A stretch of DNA of 64,000 bases from a bacterium (GTDB taxonomy: Bacteria > Patescibacteriota > Microgenomatia > UBA10105 > UBA927): positions 11,750 through 75,749 of the forward strand of contig JAKAFY010000002.1 in assembly GCA_021817785.1 (NCBI GenBank), given 5' to 3'. The notes beneath the pieces were generated by a model. That model was not told the DNA's origin. It saw only the letters and a list, made by a program, of their open reading frames with translations, and ran no database searches. The position numbers and the translations under genes are program-made. This document shows, piece by piece, positions 1-8,785 of this stretch (its first letter is position 1; each line of letters opens with the position of its first letter).

Positions 1-28
1 TACGCCGTTTGGCGGAGAAAATCTGGAC

Positions 29-379
29 GTGCTCAAAGGGGATTTTCGGTTGTACATCGCCAAAGGTGGGGAAATGTGGATTCCGATCGGCGGCGATAAA
101 GCGAAGCCTGCATTACCAGGCGAGCTGGTATGGGGAGACGATATCGATTTGTCGACCAGGGCGCTCAACTGGCGCCAGTGCGACAGGACGAAGATGACAG
201 AGGAAACCACCAACGGATTTTTTGTCATGGACGGCTTTAACGGCGTCAATAAAGACGTTATGGAAGCTGCCGCAGCAGAATTTATCCATATAGCAACCAC
301 TCTGTGCGGCGGGAATGCGGAAGTCTATTGGATGTCGTCAGGATCGAAATATGCGATAATATCGATGCAGGATGACTGA
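29..379 (+). CDS. hypothetical protein, possibly 5'-truncated at the window edge
   Basis: Open frame from the window start with no recognisable motif. It lies just upstream of argS on the same strand. Confidence 0.25.
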   Translation: MLKGDFRLYIAKGGEMWIPIGGDKAKPALPGELVWGDDIDLSTRALNWRQCDRTKMTEETTNGFFVMDGFNGVNKDVMEAAAAEFIHIATTLCGGNAEVYWMSSGSKYAIISMQDD

Positions 380-640
380 GGAATAGATTCTATGCATGCC
401 GAAGGTAAACATACATGGATAGGTTTGCATGGCGGGACAATAGAGGTATGTGAACAGGTGGGAGGTCGGCTGTCGTGGTATAGGGTAGATGAGATTTGTG
501 CCGATGAAGTGTGTACTTCAGGCAGGGCGACTAATGGAGCGGAATTTCCTGATATTCGTCCCGGCATATTGAAATTCGGTAGGATGGGTTGGATAGTGTG
601 TAAAATACGGTATCCGGAATCCGCTGAATCATAGTCATGT

Positions 641-2668
641 ATGAAATTAGAACTACAACAATTATTTCAGGATGTTTTGAACGAAGTCGGAGTTACTGAC
701 ATCGTTCCCGACGTTGTCATGTCTGCCGACAGCAAACACGGGGAATACACCACCAACGTTGCCATGAGACTGGCAAAACCATTGAAAAAAAGTCCGATGG
801 ATATCGCACTACAGGTTAAAACGAGCATCGAGAAGCGAGTATCGGGTGTCAGGCACAAGATTCCAGATCAGAAGAATAGCAAACCAGATCAAAAGAATGC
901 AGGCAATGTAACGGAAAAAAATACATTACAGGATAAAGATAATACGAAGTTGTCGACCAGCGATATCTTGTCGTCCATTGACCGCATAGAAATAGCTCCT
1001 CCCGGCTTTATCAACGTGTTTTTAAAGGATGTCGCCCTAAGCAGTCAGGTGAGGGAAGTGCTAAAAGATGGGGAGCGCTATGGAAAGAGCCAAAGCGGAA
1101 AAGGGAAGCACCTTATGGTGGAATACACCGACCCCAATCCGTTTAAGGAATTGCATATCGGACACTTATATAGCAATGCCGTAGGGGAGAGTTTGGCCCG
1201 TCTGTACGCTGCAATAGGATGGGATGTTTCCCGCGTGGACTACTTTGGAGATGTCGGTATGCATGTGGCCAAGTCCATATGGGGACTGCGGAAAAAAATG
1301 GCAGAAGATCATGTCACCCTGGCTGTTTTGGAAAGTAAGCCGCTTCCGGAACGGGTGCAATATTTGGGCCAGGCCTACGCAAAAGGCGCTACCATCTACG
1401 AAGAAAAGACGCCGGAGGCGGAGAAAGCCAAAGAAGAGATGAAAGACATAAACTACATGGTGTATCTGGCAGCCCAGGAGTATATGGAAAAGGCGCTCAA
1501 ATGGACGCCGCAGGTGGATTACCGCCAGTATGTGCAGGTCGATGATACGCTCTATCAGGAAGTGAAGGAACTATACGAAAAAGGCCGCACCTGGAGTATG
1601 GACTATTTTGAAACGATTTTCCGCCGGTTGGGCACGCATTTTGATGCGTATTATCCTGAATCCATCGTCGGAGAATATGGCGCAAAGCTTGTCCGGGAGC
1701 ATATAGGCAAGGTATTTGAAGAAAGCGACGGAGCCGTGGTCTTTCGCGGAGAATCCTCGAAAGCCGGACTGCATACCCGGGTATTTTTGAATTCTCTGGG
1801 ATTGCCGACCTATGAGGCCAAAGAATTGGGGTTGAACTGGAAAAAGAGCCAGGATTATGCCCTGGATAAGTCGTTTATCGTGACCGGCAACGAAATCAAC
1901 GAATACTTTAAAGTCCTGTTTGCTGCCATGGAGCAGGTTATTCCGGAAATCGGGGCAAAAACGAAACATATAGGCCATGGCATGGTGAGAAATGCGGACG
2001 GGAGCAAAATGAGCAGCCGTACCGGAAACGTCCTGACCGGCGTGGGTATGCTGGAAGAGGTAAAGAAATCAATCTATGAGATACTAGATAAAAGTGAATC
2101 ATCCTCCTTCGTTAAAACGTCTGAGGACAAGGAGGAGATAGCGGAGAAAGGTGCAATAGCAGCTGTGAAATATAGTCTGCTTCGTGTGGCATTACCCTCG
2201 AATGTTTCGTTTAGTATCGCGACATCTATTTCTTTTGACGGCGACTCGGGGCCGTATCTTTTGTACACCTATGCCCGGTGTAAGAGTGTGCTGCGGAAGG
2301 CCTCTTCTGCATCAGCATTGGTTCCCAGTTCCTTAGGTGACTTAGGTAACCTAGGTGACGTACGTTTTAATGAAGATGAGCGTGCATTGGCGCGCCTCAT
2401 CCACTTCTTTCCGGAAATCGTAGCTGCTGCGGCACATGATTTGGCGCCAAACGTCATCTGTACCTATTTATTTGATCTCGCACAGTCCTTTAATACGTTT
2501 TATCAGAAACATCAAATTATCGAGCAGCGAGAACCGAGCAGTGAGAACCGAGGCTCGATGCTCGATACTCGATACTCGAATTTTCGTCTCGTCCTCACTG
2601 CCGCCACTGCCCAGGTGTTGCAAAATGGCCTTAATCTTCTGGGCATCTCCACAGTTGAACGGATGTAA
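641..2668 (+). CDS. argS: arginine--tRNA ligase (class I) carrying in-frame insertions
   Basis: HIGH-type motif PNPFKELHIGH, a class-I catalytic core, and a C-terminal anticodon-binding domain ending ...LLGISTVERM. At 675 aa it is longer than typical ArgRS because of insertions (see findings). Confidence 0.9.
   Translation: MKLELQQLFQDVLNEVGVTDIVPDVVMSADSKHGEYTTNVAMRLAKPLKKSPMDIALQVKTSIEKRVSGVRHKIPDQKNSKPDQKNAGNVTEKNTLQDKDNTKLSTSDILSSIDRIEIAPPGFINVFLKDVALSSQVREVLKDGERYGKSQSGKGKHLMVEYTDPNPFKELHIGHLYSNAVGESLARLYAAIGWDVSRVDYFGDVGMHVAKSIWGLRKKMAEDHVTLAVLESKPLPERVQYLGQAYAKGATIYEEKTPEAEKAKEEMKDINYMVYLAAQEYMEKALKWTPQVDYRQYVQVDDTLYQEVKELYEKGRTWSMDYFETIFRRLGTHFDAYYPESIVGEYGAKLVREHIGKVFEESDGAVVFRGESSKAGLHTRVFLNSLGLPTYEAKELGLNWKKSQDYALDKSFIVTGNEINEYFKVLFAAMEQVIPEIGAKTKHIGHGMVRNADGSKMSSRTGNVLTGVGMLEEVKKSIYEILDKSESSSFVKTSEDKEEIAEKGAIAAVKYSLLRVALPSNVSFSIATSISFDGDSGPYLLYTYARCKSVLRKASSASALVPSSLGDLGNLGDVRFNEDERALARLIHFFPEIVAAAAHDLAPNVICTYLFDLAQSFNTFYQKHQIIEQREPSSENRGSMLDTRYSNFRLVLTAATAQVLQNGLNLLGISTVERM
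2519..2590. repeat. family-A in-frame repetitive element in argS (CGAGCAGCGAG ... CTCGATACTCGATACTCG)
   Basis: Homologous at the nucleotide level to lepA 13510-13580. It encodes EQREPSSENRGSMLDTRYS at a position where ArgRS orthologs are about 15 aa shorter. Confidence 0.6.
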
Positions 2669-2716
2669 CACGTGAATCTTCATATTTTGGCATAGTTTGA
2701 TATCATTAGTATCCTT

Positions 2717-2947
2717 ATGACAATAGAATATTACTGTGACGATTGTGATGTGACAGGCACCATCAACATGACGAATCAGTTTTCTGCGCAGTTTCAAAAA
2801 AGAGCGTTGAAGTCGTTGGAGTTTAAAGAATTAGCTCGTTTAGGACGAATGCATAAACGGTTTAATTCTGAGCATAGGTTGAAAGGATTTTTTCATATTC
2901 CCGATGGGTATGAAGAGCATCGCGGTCGACTATATAGGCGTATCTGA
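2717..2947 (+). CDS. small Cys-containing hypothetical protein
   Basis: 76-aa ORF in the argS-kup intergenic region with a YYCDDCD motif. No homology is recognisable. Confidence 0.2.
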   Translation: MTIEYYCDDCDVTGTINMTNQFSAQFQKRALKSLEFKELARLGRMHKRFNSEHRLKGFFHIPDGYEEHRGRLYRRI

Positions 2948-2967
2948 GGGTCTGAATCAAGAAATGA

Positions 2968-4962
2968 TTACGATAGCTCCACGGGGCACACGTCGATCGT
3001 GAGTTGATGGTCGTCTCCCAGGCCGAAATATTCATCCGCTTTTTCCGTATTGCGGTGGATGAACTGATACATCGCAAAGCGCACGCGCGTAAGCCACGAT
3101 GCTTTGGCAGAGGGGATGACGCGTTCATGCAGCGCTTTAAATACCCACTGTTCCGGCGGGTGAGTAGACGGGATGTCTTTGTTGCGGATAAAGTACCGCA
3201 CCAACGGTTCCAGATCCGGGTCTTCCATAAATCCAAACTGGACGGTGATACTCGTCACCGTTCCGTTTTTGTCGTTGCCTTCGGTAAAGTTATTTATGCG
3301 TACCCGCTGTTTGGCGTGGGGCACTTTCAATAGGTCGACGTTGAGCATGACCAAATGCTGCGGCAGGACGGCGTTTCTCTCCCAATACCGCTGGAGCTGG
3401 ATGGGGACGGTATCGGTCGTTTCCGTGATGGCTTTGCGTGTCAGAAATACCATAGTGCGGGGAAGGTCCAGCGGCGTCGTTTGCTGCAGCCGGACAATCT
3501 CCCGTACCGTCATGGTTTTATACGTATTAAACGTATGGATCGTGTGATATCTGCCCCATTTCCACGTTTCGATAATGCCGAAAATCGAAAGCCCTATGGT
3601 AAGCGGGATAAATCCTCCCTCGACAAATTTCAGCGAATTGGAAAGCAGAAAAAGCGCGTCAATCATGGCAAACGGGATAAATAAGCCGTAGACGTATACG
3701 CGGTTCCATTTCCACAGGCGGGAGGCGATCACGATCATTCCCAGCGTGGTGACCAGCATGACGCCGGAAACCGCCAATCCGTATGCACTAGCTAATTTGT
3801 TGCTCGACTGGAAGATGAGCACCAACAGCACGGCTCCGACGTAGAGCGCCCAGTTAATCTGGGGGATGTAGATTTGCCCCTCGTGTTCTTCGTGCGTATG
3901 TTTTATGGGCAAATACGGCAGAAGCCGCAATGATATCGCCTGCATGGTAAGCGAAAATGCTCCGGAAATGAGCGCCTGGGACGCGATGATGGTTGCCAAC
4001 GTTGCCAATAAAACCATGGGCGCCAAAAGTAACCGCGGCACCATGCTGAAAAATATGTTGCCCCCCAGTATTTCATGGCCGCTTAACAGATACGCGCCCT
4101 GCCCGAAATAATTGGCGACCAACGCGGGGTAGGCGACCAGATACCATCCCAGGCGGATCGGAGTCCTGCCGAAGTGCCCCATGTCCGCATACATAGCTTC
4201 ACCGCCCGTGATCACCAGCATGACGGATCCCAGGGTCAGGAGCGTGGTGACAAACGAGTGATTTCTCAAAAATGCATAGGCGTGCAGCGGATTGAGTGCC
4301 GCCAGAATGCCAGGCGTATGTATGACGGCCGTAGTCCCGATGACGCCGATAGCTGTAAACCACACGATCATGACGGGCCCAAACAGTCTCCCTACTTTAT
4401 GCGTGCCGTTTTTCTGGATGGCAAACAATCCGGTCAGGATGGCTATCGTAATCGGGATAATGTATGGCTCCAACGAATGGGTGACGATGCGTACTCCTTC
4501 TACTGCGGATATGACGCTGATGGCAGGCGTGATGATGCCGTCCCCGTACAGAAGTCCCGCAGCGATGATCAGTAGTCCGAGTAATACCGGATGGGATTTC
4601 GGCAGGTCGGCAATCAGGTTGTAGAGCGCAAACACGCCGCCTTCGCCGTCGCTGTCTGCACGCAATACAAAAAAGACGTATTTTATGGCGACAACCATGG
4701 TAAGCGCCCAAAACACCAGGCTTATGCCGCCCAACACATCCGTCCGGGTGAACGAAGAGAGCGCATGTCCGAAAAACATTTCGTTTATGGCATAGAGGGG
4801 GCTGGTGCCGATATCGCCGTATACCACGCCCAACGCGCCCAGGGTGAGAAGTGCCAGTCCGGCATGGGAATGCGGCTTTCCGTGTCGTTGGCCGGGGTCG
4901 TCCGGATGTGAGTCAGATTGTGTCATAGAAAAAAAGAAAAAGGATGCACACCCAGGGCGCAC
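2968..4962 (-). CDS. kup: KUP/HAK/KT family potassium transporter
   Basis: Hallmark motif VYGDIGTSPLY near the N-terminus, about 12 TM helices, and a long cytoplasmic C-terminal domain. The true start may be the internal Met at about 4926. Confidence 0.9.
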   Translation of the reverse strand: MRPGCASFFFFSMTQSDSHPDDPGQRHGKPHSHAGLALLTLGALGVVYGDIGTSPLYAINEMFFGHALSSFTRTDVLGGISLVFWALTMVVAIKYVFFVLRADSDGEGGVFALYNLIADLPKSHPVLLGLLIIAAGLLYGDGIITPAISVISAVEGVRIVTHSLEPYIIPITIAILTGLFAIQKNGTHKVGRLFGPVMIVWFTAIGVIGTTAVIHTPGILAALNPLHAYAFLRNHSFVTTLLTLGSVMLVITGGEAMYADMGHFGRTPIRLGWYLVAYPALVANYFGQGAYLLSGHEILGGNIFFSMVPRLLLAPMVLLATLATIIASQALISGAFSLTMQAISLRLLPYLPIKHTHEEHEGQIYIPQINWALYVGAVLLVLIFQSSNKLASAYGLAVSGVMLVTTLGMIVIASRLWKWNRVYVYGLFIPFAMIDALFLLSNSLKFVEGGFIPLTIGLSIFGIIETWKWGRYHTIHTFNTYKTMTVREIVRLQQTTPLDLPRTMVFLTRKAITETTDTVPIQLQRYWERNAVLPQHLVMLNVDLLKVPHAKQRVRINNFTEGNDKNGTVTSITVQFGFMEDPDLEPLVRYFIRNKDIPSTHPPEQWVFKALHERVIPSAKASWLTRVRFAMYQFIHRNTEKADEYFGLGDDHQLTIDVCPVELS

Positions 4963-5111
4963 ATCCCAGTACGATCACTATTGTAGGGGATTTGTTCTGG
5001 ATTTCAAGAGGAATTCTCGTATTGTTAGATATCAAACAATATACAGATACATATTGCCGTCGTATAGGAAGCACACACATAAATATCTATGATAAATATG
5101 TTGGTGATCTC

Positions 5112-5411
5112 ATGTTTGGTGGATTGCCGAAGGGGTTTCGTCCGAAAGTCCGGGCTGGGGTGCAGGGGATTCCCAGATGTAAGGGGTGCGAGGTGGAGCC
5201 GCAGTTATGTCCTCAGTCCTACATCCTTCAGGATGTATTTACAAAAAAATGGTTAGATCTCCATCCTGATGGTGTACCGGATGCGCGAACATCCCCAGAA
5301 TATCTGGCGTATCGTATTGAACGCTTTGAGCAGTGGGGAAAAAGACAGGGGTGTTTCGGGCGCGTCTATTTTGAAACGGCAATGAGCGAGCTTGCGGCAT
5401 TACTGCAGTAG
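5112..5411 (+). CDS. hypothetical protein
   Basis: ORF 4944-5411 trimmed to an internal ATG at 5112 to avoid overlapping the kup start. No motif; coding status uncertain. Confidence 0.2.
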   Translation: MFGGLPKGFRPKVRAGVQGIPRCKGCEVEPQLCPQSYILQDVFTKKWLDLHPDGVPDARTSPEYLAYRIERFEQWGKRQGCFGRVYFETAMSELAALLQ

Positions 5412-5650
5412 TGCTTTGGGGGCATGTCGACGTATGCGCTGTGATTTTTTTCCAAAGAAACACGATTCTCGATGGTGTGATGAATGCACGTAAAGGAGAA
5501 ATAGAGCATACGCGTGCATGCGGGGCAGTTGCTTCAATGCGTGTCTCGTGTGTGAGTTTGATGGTGTGCTATTTATTACATATTTTGCATACATATCTAT
5601 GATGTATTGATGCAGATGCGTTCTTTTTCTACTATGCGGGAGTTTCCTAT

Positions 5651-6133
5651 ATGTTTGGCACACTTGTTTCAGGAAAAGAATTATTATATCCTGTTGTCCT
5701 TGTTCGGCAGATTTCCGGCGTACCCCCTTTTGAGGTTAGAACAACAGTGGTGTCCGGTGGAGAAAAAACATACAGACAAAACAGTATCCGAAGCCAAAAC
5801 AGGTTGTCTGCATGGTCTTTATTGGATGTTACTGCACGGATGGAGGTTGTGAGGCCACGTCGTGTGACACGTCAAGTAAGCCGATTTGGACAACTAGACA
5901 TCTCCACGGAAATGCGAAGCGTCGGAAAATTAGATATTAACGTCCCCTCCATGTCTGCTGCGGATAATCCTTCTGCAGGGTGGCCGCGAGTGCGAGCAGA
6001 GGGTATATGGGGACGTTTAGGATTTTCTCGACAGGTTCATCCCGGTAAACCTATAGAAGTAACACGTGGAGGGGTGACGTTTCAAATATCGACGAGATGT
6101 GTCAGTGCGGAAGACCTGCGGCAATATTTATAA
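5651..6133 (+). CDS. hypothetical protein
   Basis: 160-aa ORF in a 1.2 kb gap between kup and the Nramp gene. No recognisable domain; it could be non-coding. Confidence 0.2.
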   Translation: MFGTLVSGKELLYPVVLVRQISGVPPFEVRTTVVSGGEKTYRQNSIRSQNRLSAWSLLDVTARMEVVRPRRVTRQVSRFGQLDISTEMRSVGKLDINVPSMSAADNPSAGWPRVRAEGIWGRLGFSRQVHPGKPIEVTRGGVTFQISTRCVSAEDLRQYL

Positions 6134-6144
6134 GATAGACCATT

Positions 6145-7407
6145 TCACCACCCCAACACCTGTCCTGCGATGGAAAGCAGGGAAGCTGCCGTGATAAATA
6201 CGCCGCCGCCGACGAGTAACCAATTCTGGAGCCGGGTATTCCGGTGTTTGCCCATAATTTTTTCATTATTCACGAACCGGTACAGGAAGAAAAAGATGAT
6301 CGGCAGTACGGCGCCATTGAAGAAATTGCCGATCACGGTGATGGAAAACAGGGTCACGGCAGGGAACAGGACGATGATGGTGCCGAGGGCGAGTTGAATC
6401 AGCAGGATCGTGTAAAAAAGCCGGCTTTTATGAAAATCCTCGTTTAAACTTCCGGGATAGCCAAAAAATTCCGAAAATGCATAGGAAGTGGAAAGCGGTA
6501 CGATGATGCAGCCAAACAGCCCGGCGACAAACAGCCCCATACCGAACAACAGGCCCGCCAGATTGCCTGCGAACGGTTTTATGGCGATAGACGCTTCCGC
6601 CGCTCCGGTAATCTGGACGCCGTGGACAAACAGCGTGGCGATTACCGCCACCATCATAAAAAATGAAAATAAATCGGTGAGGAACGCGCCCGTATACACT
6701 TCCCAGCGGTTGTACTTTAAATGCTCGACGGTCAGATGTTTGTCTTTGACGGTGGAATTGATAAAAAATTGCCCCCATGCGGTTATGGTGGTGCCGACGA
6801 CGGCTATGGCCGTATAGATAAACTTCGGGGAAAACGGCCCTTCCGGCAGGATCATCGATCGCACCGCCATACCCCAGTCCGGTTTGGATAGGATGGCGGA
6901 TACCATGTATACGAGATAAAACCCGATGGTGATCAGGAAAAACCGTTCAGTGGTTTTGTATTGCACCCGGACGATAAACAGGAACAGCAGGCCGACGATG
7001 ATCGGTAGCAATATCGTTGGCAGACCAAAGAGTGCGAGTGCGGATTTGACGCCCGCCAGATCCAGTACCACGACCGTAAAGTTTACGATAAACAGAAGCA
7101 CGAACATAGCGATAGAAATCCGTACGCCGTACTGTTCGCGGATGAGGTCGGCAAGTCCTTTGTCTGCCACGATACCGATTCTGGCGCCTATCTCCTGGGT
7201 TAATGCGAGCAATATGGTCATTGGGATGGTGATGATCAGGATCCTATAGCCAAATGTTGCCGCGGACACAGAATAGGCGGATACGCCGGCCGCATCATTA
7301 TCCGCAAATGCGGTAATAAGCCCCGGTCCGATGATGAGAGCGACGACCAGCAGCCGTTTCCATTTATATTTGATATACCGCAATATGGCGTAAAGTTTTT
7401 GGTTCAT
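6145..7407 (-). CDS. Nramp-related divalent cation transporter with a non-canonical metal site
   Basis: GPGLITAFADNDAAG aligns to the Nramp TM1 motif GPGFLMSIAxxDPGN, and TAIAVVGTTITAWGQFF aligns to TM6 (A-x-x-M-P-H). The protein has about 11 TM helices. Confidence 0.8.
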   Translation of the reverse strand: MNQKLYAILRYIKYKWKRLLVVALIIGPGLITAFADNDAAGVSAYSVSAATFGYRILIITIPMTILLALTQEIGARIGIVADKGLADLIREQYGVRISIAMFVLLFIVNFTVVVLDLAGVKSALALFGLPTILLPIIVGLLFLFIVRVQYKTTERFFLITIGFYLVYMVSAILSKPDWGMAVRSMILPEGPFSPKFIYTAIAVVGTTITAWGQFFINSTVKDKHLTVEHLKYNRWEVYTGAFLTDLFSFFMMVAVIATLFVHGVQITGAAEASIAIKPFAGNLAGLLFGMGLFVAGLFGCIIVPLSTSYAFSEFFGYPGSLNEDFHKSRLFYTILLIQLALGTIIVLFPAVTLFSITVIGNFFNGAVLPIIFFFLYRFVNNEKIMGKHRNTRLQNWLLVGGGVFITAASLLSIAGQVLGW

Positions 7408-7467
7408 AGTTCATGGTTCATAGGAAGATATTCTTGCGCTCTTGCTATGAACGTTCTTTCTGTCTTG

Positions 7468-8739
7468 CTAAATAAGCCGTCCCTCCATCCGTTCCAGTAA
7501 ATCGTCGATGGTGACGAGTCCCAGTATTTCCCGTTTTTCGTTGATAATCGGCAACGCATAGAGTTTGTATTTGATCATTTTTTTCATGGCGATTTCTTTG
7601 GGGGTAGTCAGGGAAATCACGATGACATTGGGAATCATAAACTTGTAGACGGGTATATCCGCATCCTGGGCAAGGAGTTCCTGCAGGTTAAAGACGCCGA
7701 CTAATTCCTTCTTTTTGTTGACCACATACACGTACGATAACTGGGAAAGTGTGGCGGATTCTCCTTTCAGGCGCGCCTTTACTTTGCCGGCCAGTTCTTC
7801 GGGATCCGCGGTCGCATAGTCATTGGTTGCAAGGTCTCCGATATCCGTAGCGGACAAAGATATCAGATAGTCTATAGGTGTTTTGACTTCCGGGGAAAGG
7901 AACGGCAGGATGAGCGCCCGCCGCCGTTCGGAAAGGGTAAGCAGGATGTCTGCCGCCTCATCGGGATCGATACGGGAAAGGATGTTGGCAGCTTTTTCCG
8001 GCTTGATGTTGCGGAGTAGATCGCGCTGTCTACCCACGTTTAAGTTCTGGATGACGTCCGCTTCGTATTCAGTGGGAAGCAAATCCAGGATTTTGGTAAG
8101 GTTTTTCAATGACAGCCGTTCCAGGTGGTCTGCCAGGTCTTCCGGGGCGAGTCTCGTCAGTTTGGTTTCTTCGCGTTTCAGCATGACCTTTCCTCGGGAA
8201 AGTTCGACGGGTTGCACGTCGTCCCAGCTTAAAAAATTCGAGGTAACGGTTTTGCCGATCATGGCCAGTGCTTTGTTCAGATACTGTTCAACGTTCAGCC
8301 ACCTGGCAATGCCCAGGACCCCCACGTCCACGCCTGCGATGACATAATACGGTTTTTGCTGGATGACGACGTCATTTACCCGCACCACTTTGTTGCCTTG
8401 TATATCAATAATCTGCTGATCGAGGAGATGGGTACGGATGGAAAGTTCCTGTTCGGTCGGCTCTACGGATTCATGATCCGGAGCCAGGATAATGGTGCCG
8501 TTGATGGATTTGACGCTGGTAATGGGAATATAGAGGTATCCGACAGAGCTGACGACACAAATCTTTGTGAGGAGTGGTTGGTCGGAGCCCAGGAAATAGA
8601 AGTCATAGAGCTTCCCGATACTTCCGCCATCAGATGAAACCACGGGCTTGCCCGCGAGCTCGGCAAAATAGAGCATAGGACAATTGAAAAATACCGTTTT
8701 TGCTATGCAGATACGCCGGAGAAGGCACGCATCTGTCAC
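7468..8739 (-). CDS. soluble MgtE N-terminal domain plus tandem CBS domain protein, with no transporter TM domain
   Basis: PEDLADHLERLS...DPDEAADILLTLSERRR matches the MgtE_N helical domain, and the C-terminal VVNKKKELVGVF...ILGLVTIDDLLERM matches a CBS pair. The N-terminal roughly 170 aa is PRC-barrel-like. There is no hydrophobic C-terminus. Confidence 0.7.
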   Translation of the reverse strand: MTDACLLRRICIAKTVFFNCPMLYFAELAGKPVVSSDGGSIGKLYDFYFLGSDQPLLTKICVVSSVGYLYIPITSVKSINGTIILAPDHESVEPTEQELSIRTHLLDQQIIDIQGNKVVRVNDVVIQQKPYYVIAGVDVGVLGIARWLNVEQYLNKALAMIGKTVTSNFLSWDDVQPVELSRGKVMLKREETKLTRLAPEDLADHLERLSLKNLTKILDLLPTEYEADVIQNLNVGRQRDLLRNIKPEKAANILSRIDPDEAADILLTLSERRRALILPFLSPEVKTPIDYLISLSATDIGDLATNDYATADPEELAGKVKARLKGESATLSQLSYVYVVNKKKELVGVFNLQELLAQDADIPVYKFMIPNVIVISLTTPKEIAMKKMIKYKLYALPIINEKREILGLVTIDDLLERMEGRLI

Positions 8740-8785
8740 ATATCTGATTGTAGTCCGGTCATTTTATCCCCGTCAATCACCCAAG

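Noticed and set aside
4944-5111. 5' extension of ORF 4944-5411 overlapping the kup start
   Set aside because: The overlap with the kup N-terminus on the opposite strand is unlikely. Trimmed to the internal ATG at 5112, and even that is low confidence.
5400-6140. Possible housekeeping ncRNA (RNase P, tmRNA, SRP, 6S) in the kup-Nramp gap
   Set aside because: None of the conserved boxes I know (RNase P GGAAAGTCCGG / AGGGTGAAA, tmRNA tag reading frame with tRNA-like ends, SRP GGAA tetraloop helix 8) are present. Left as low-confidence ORFs.
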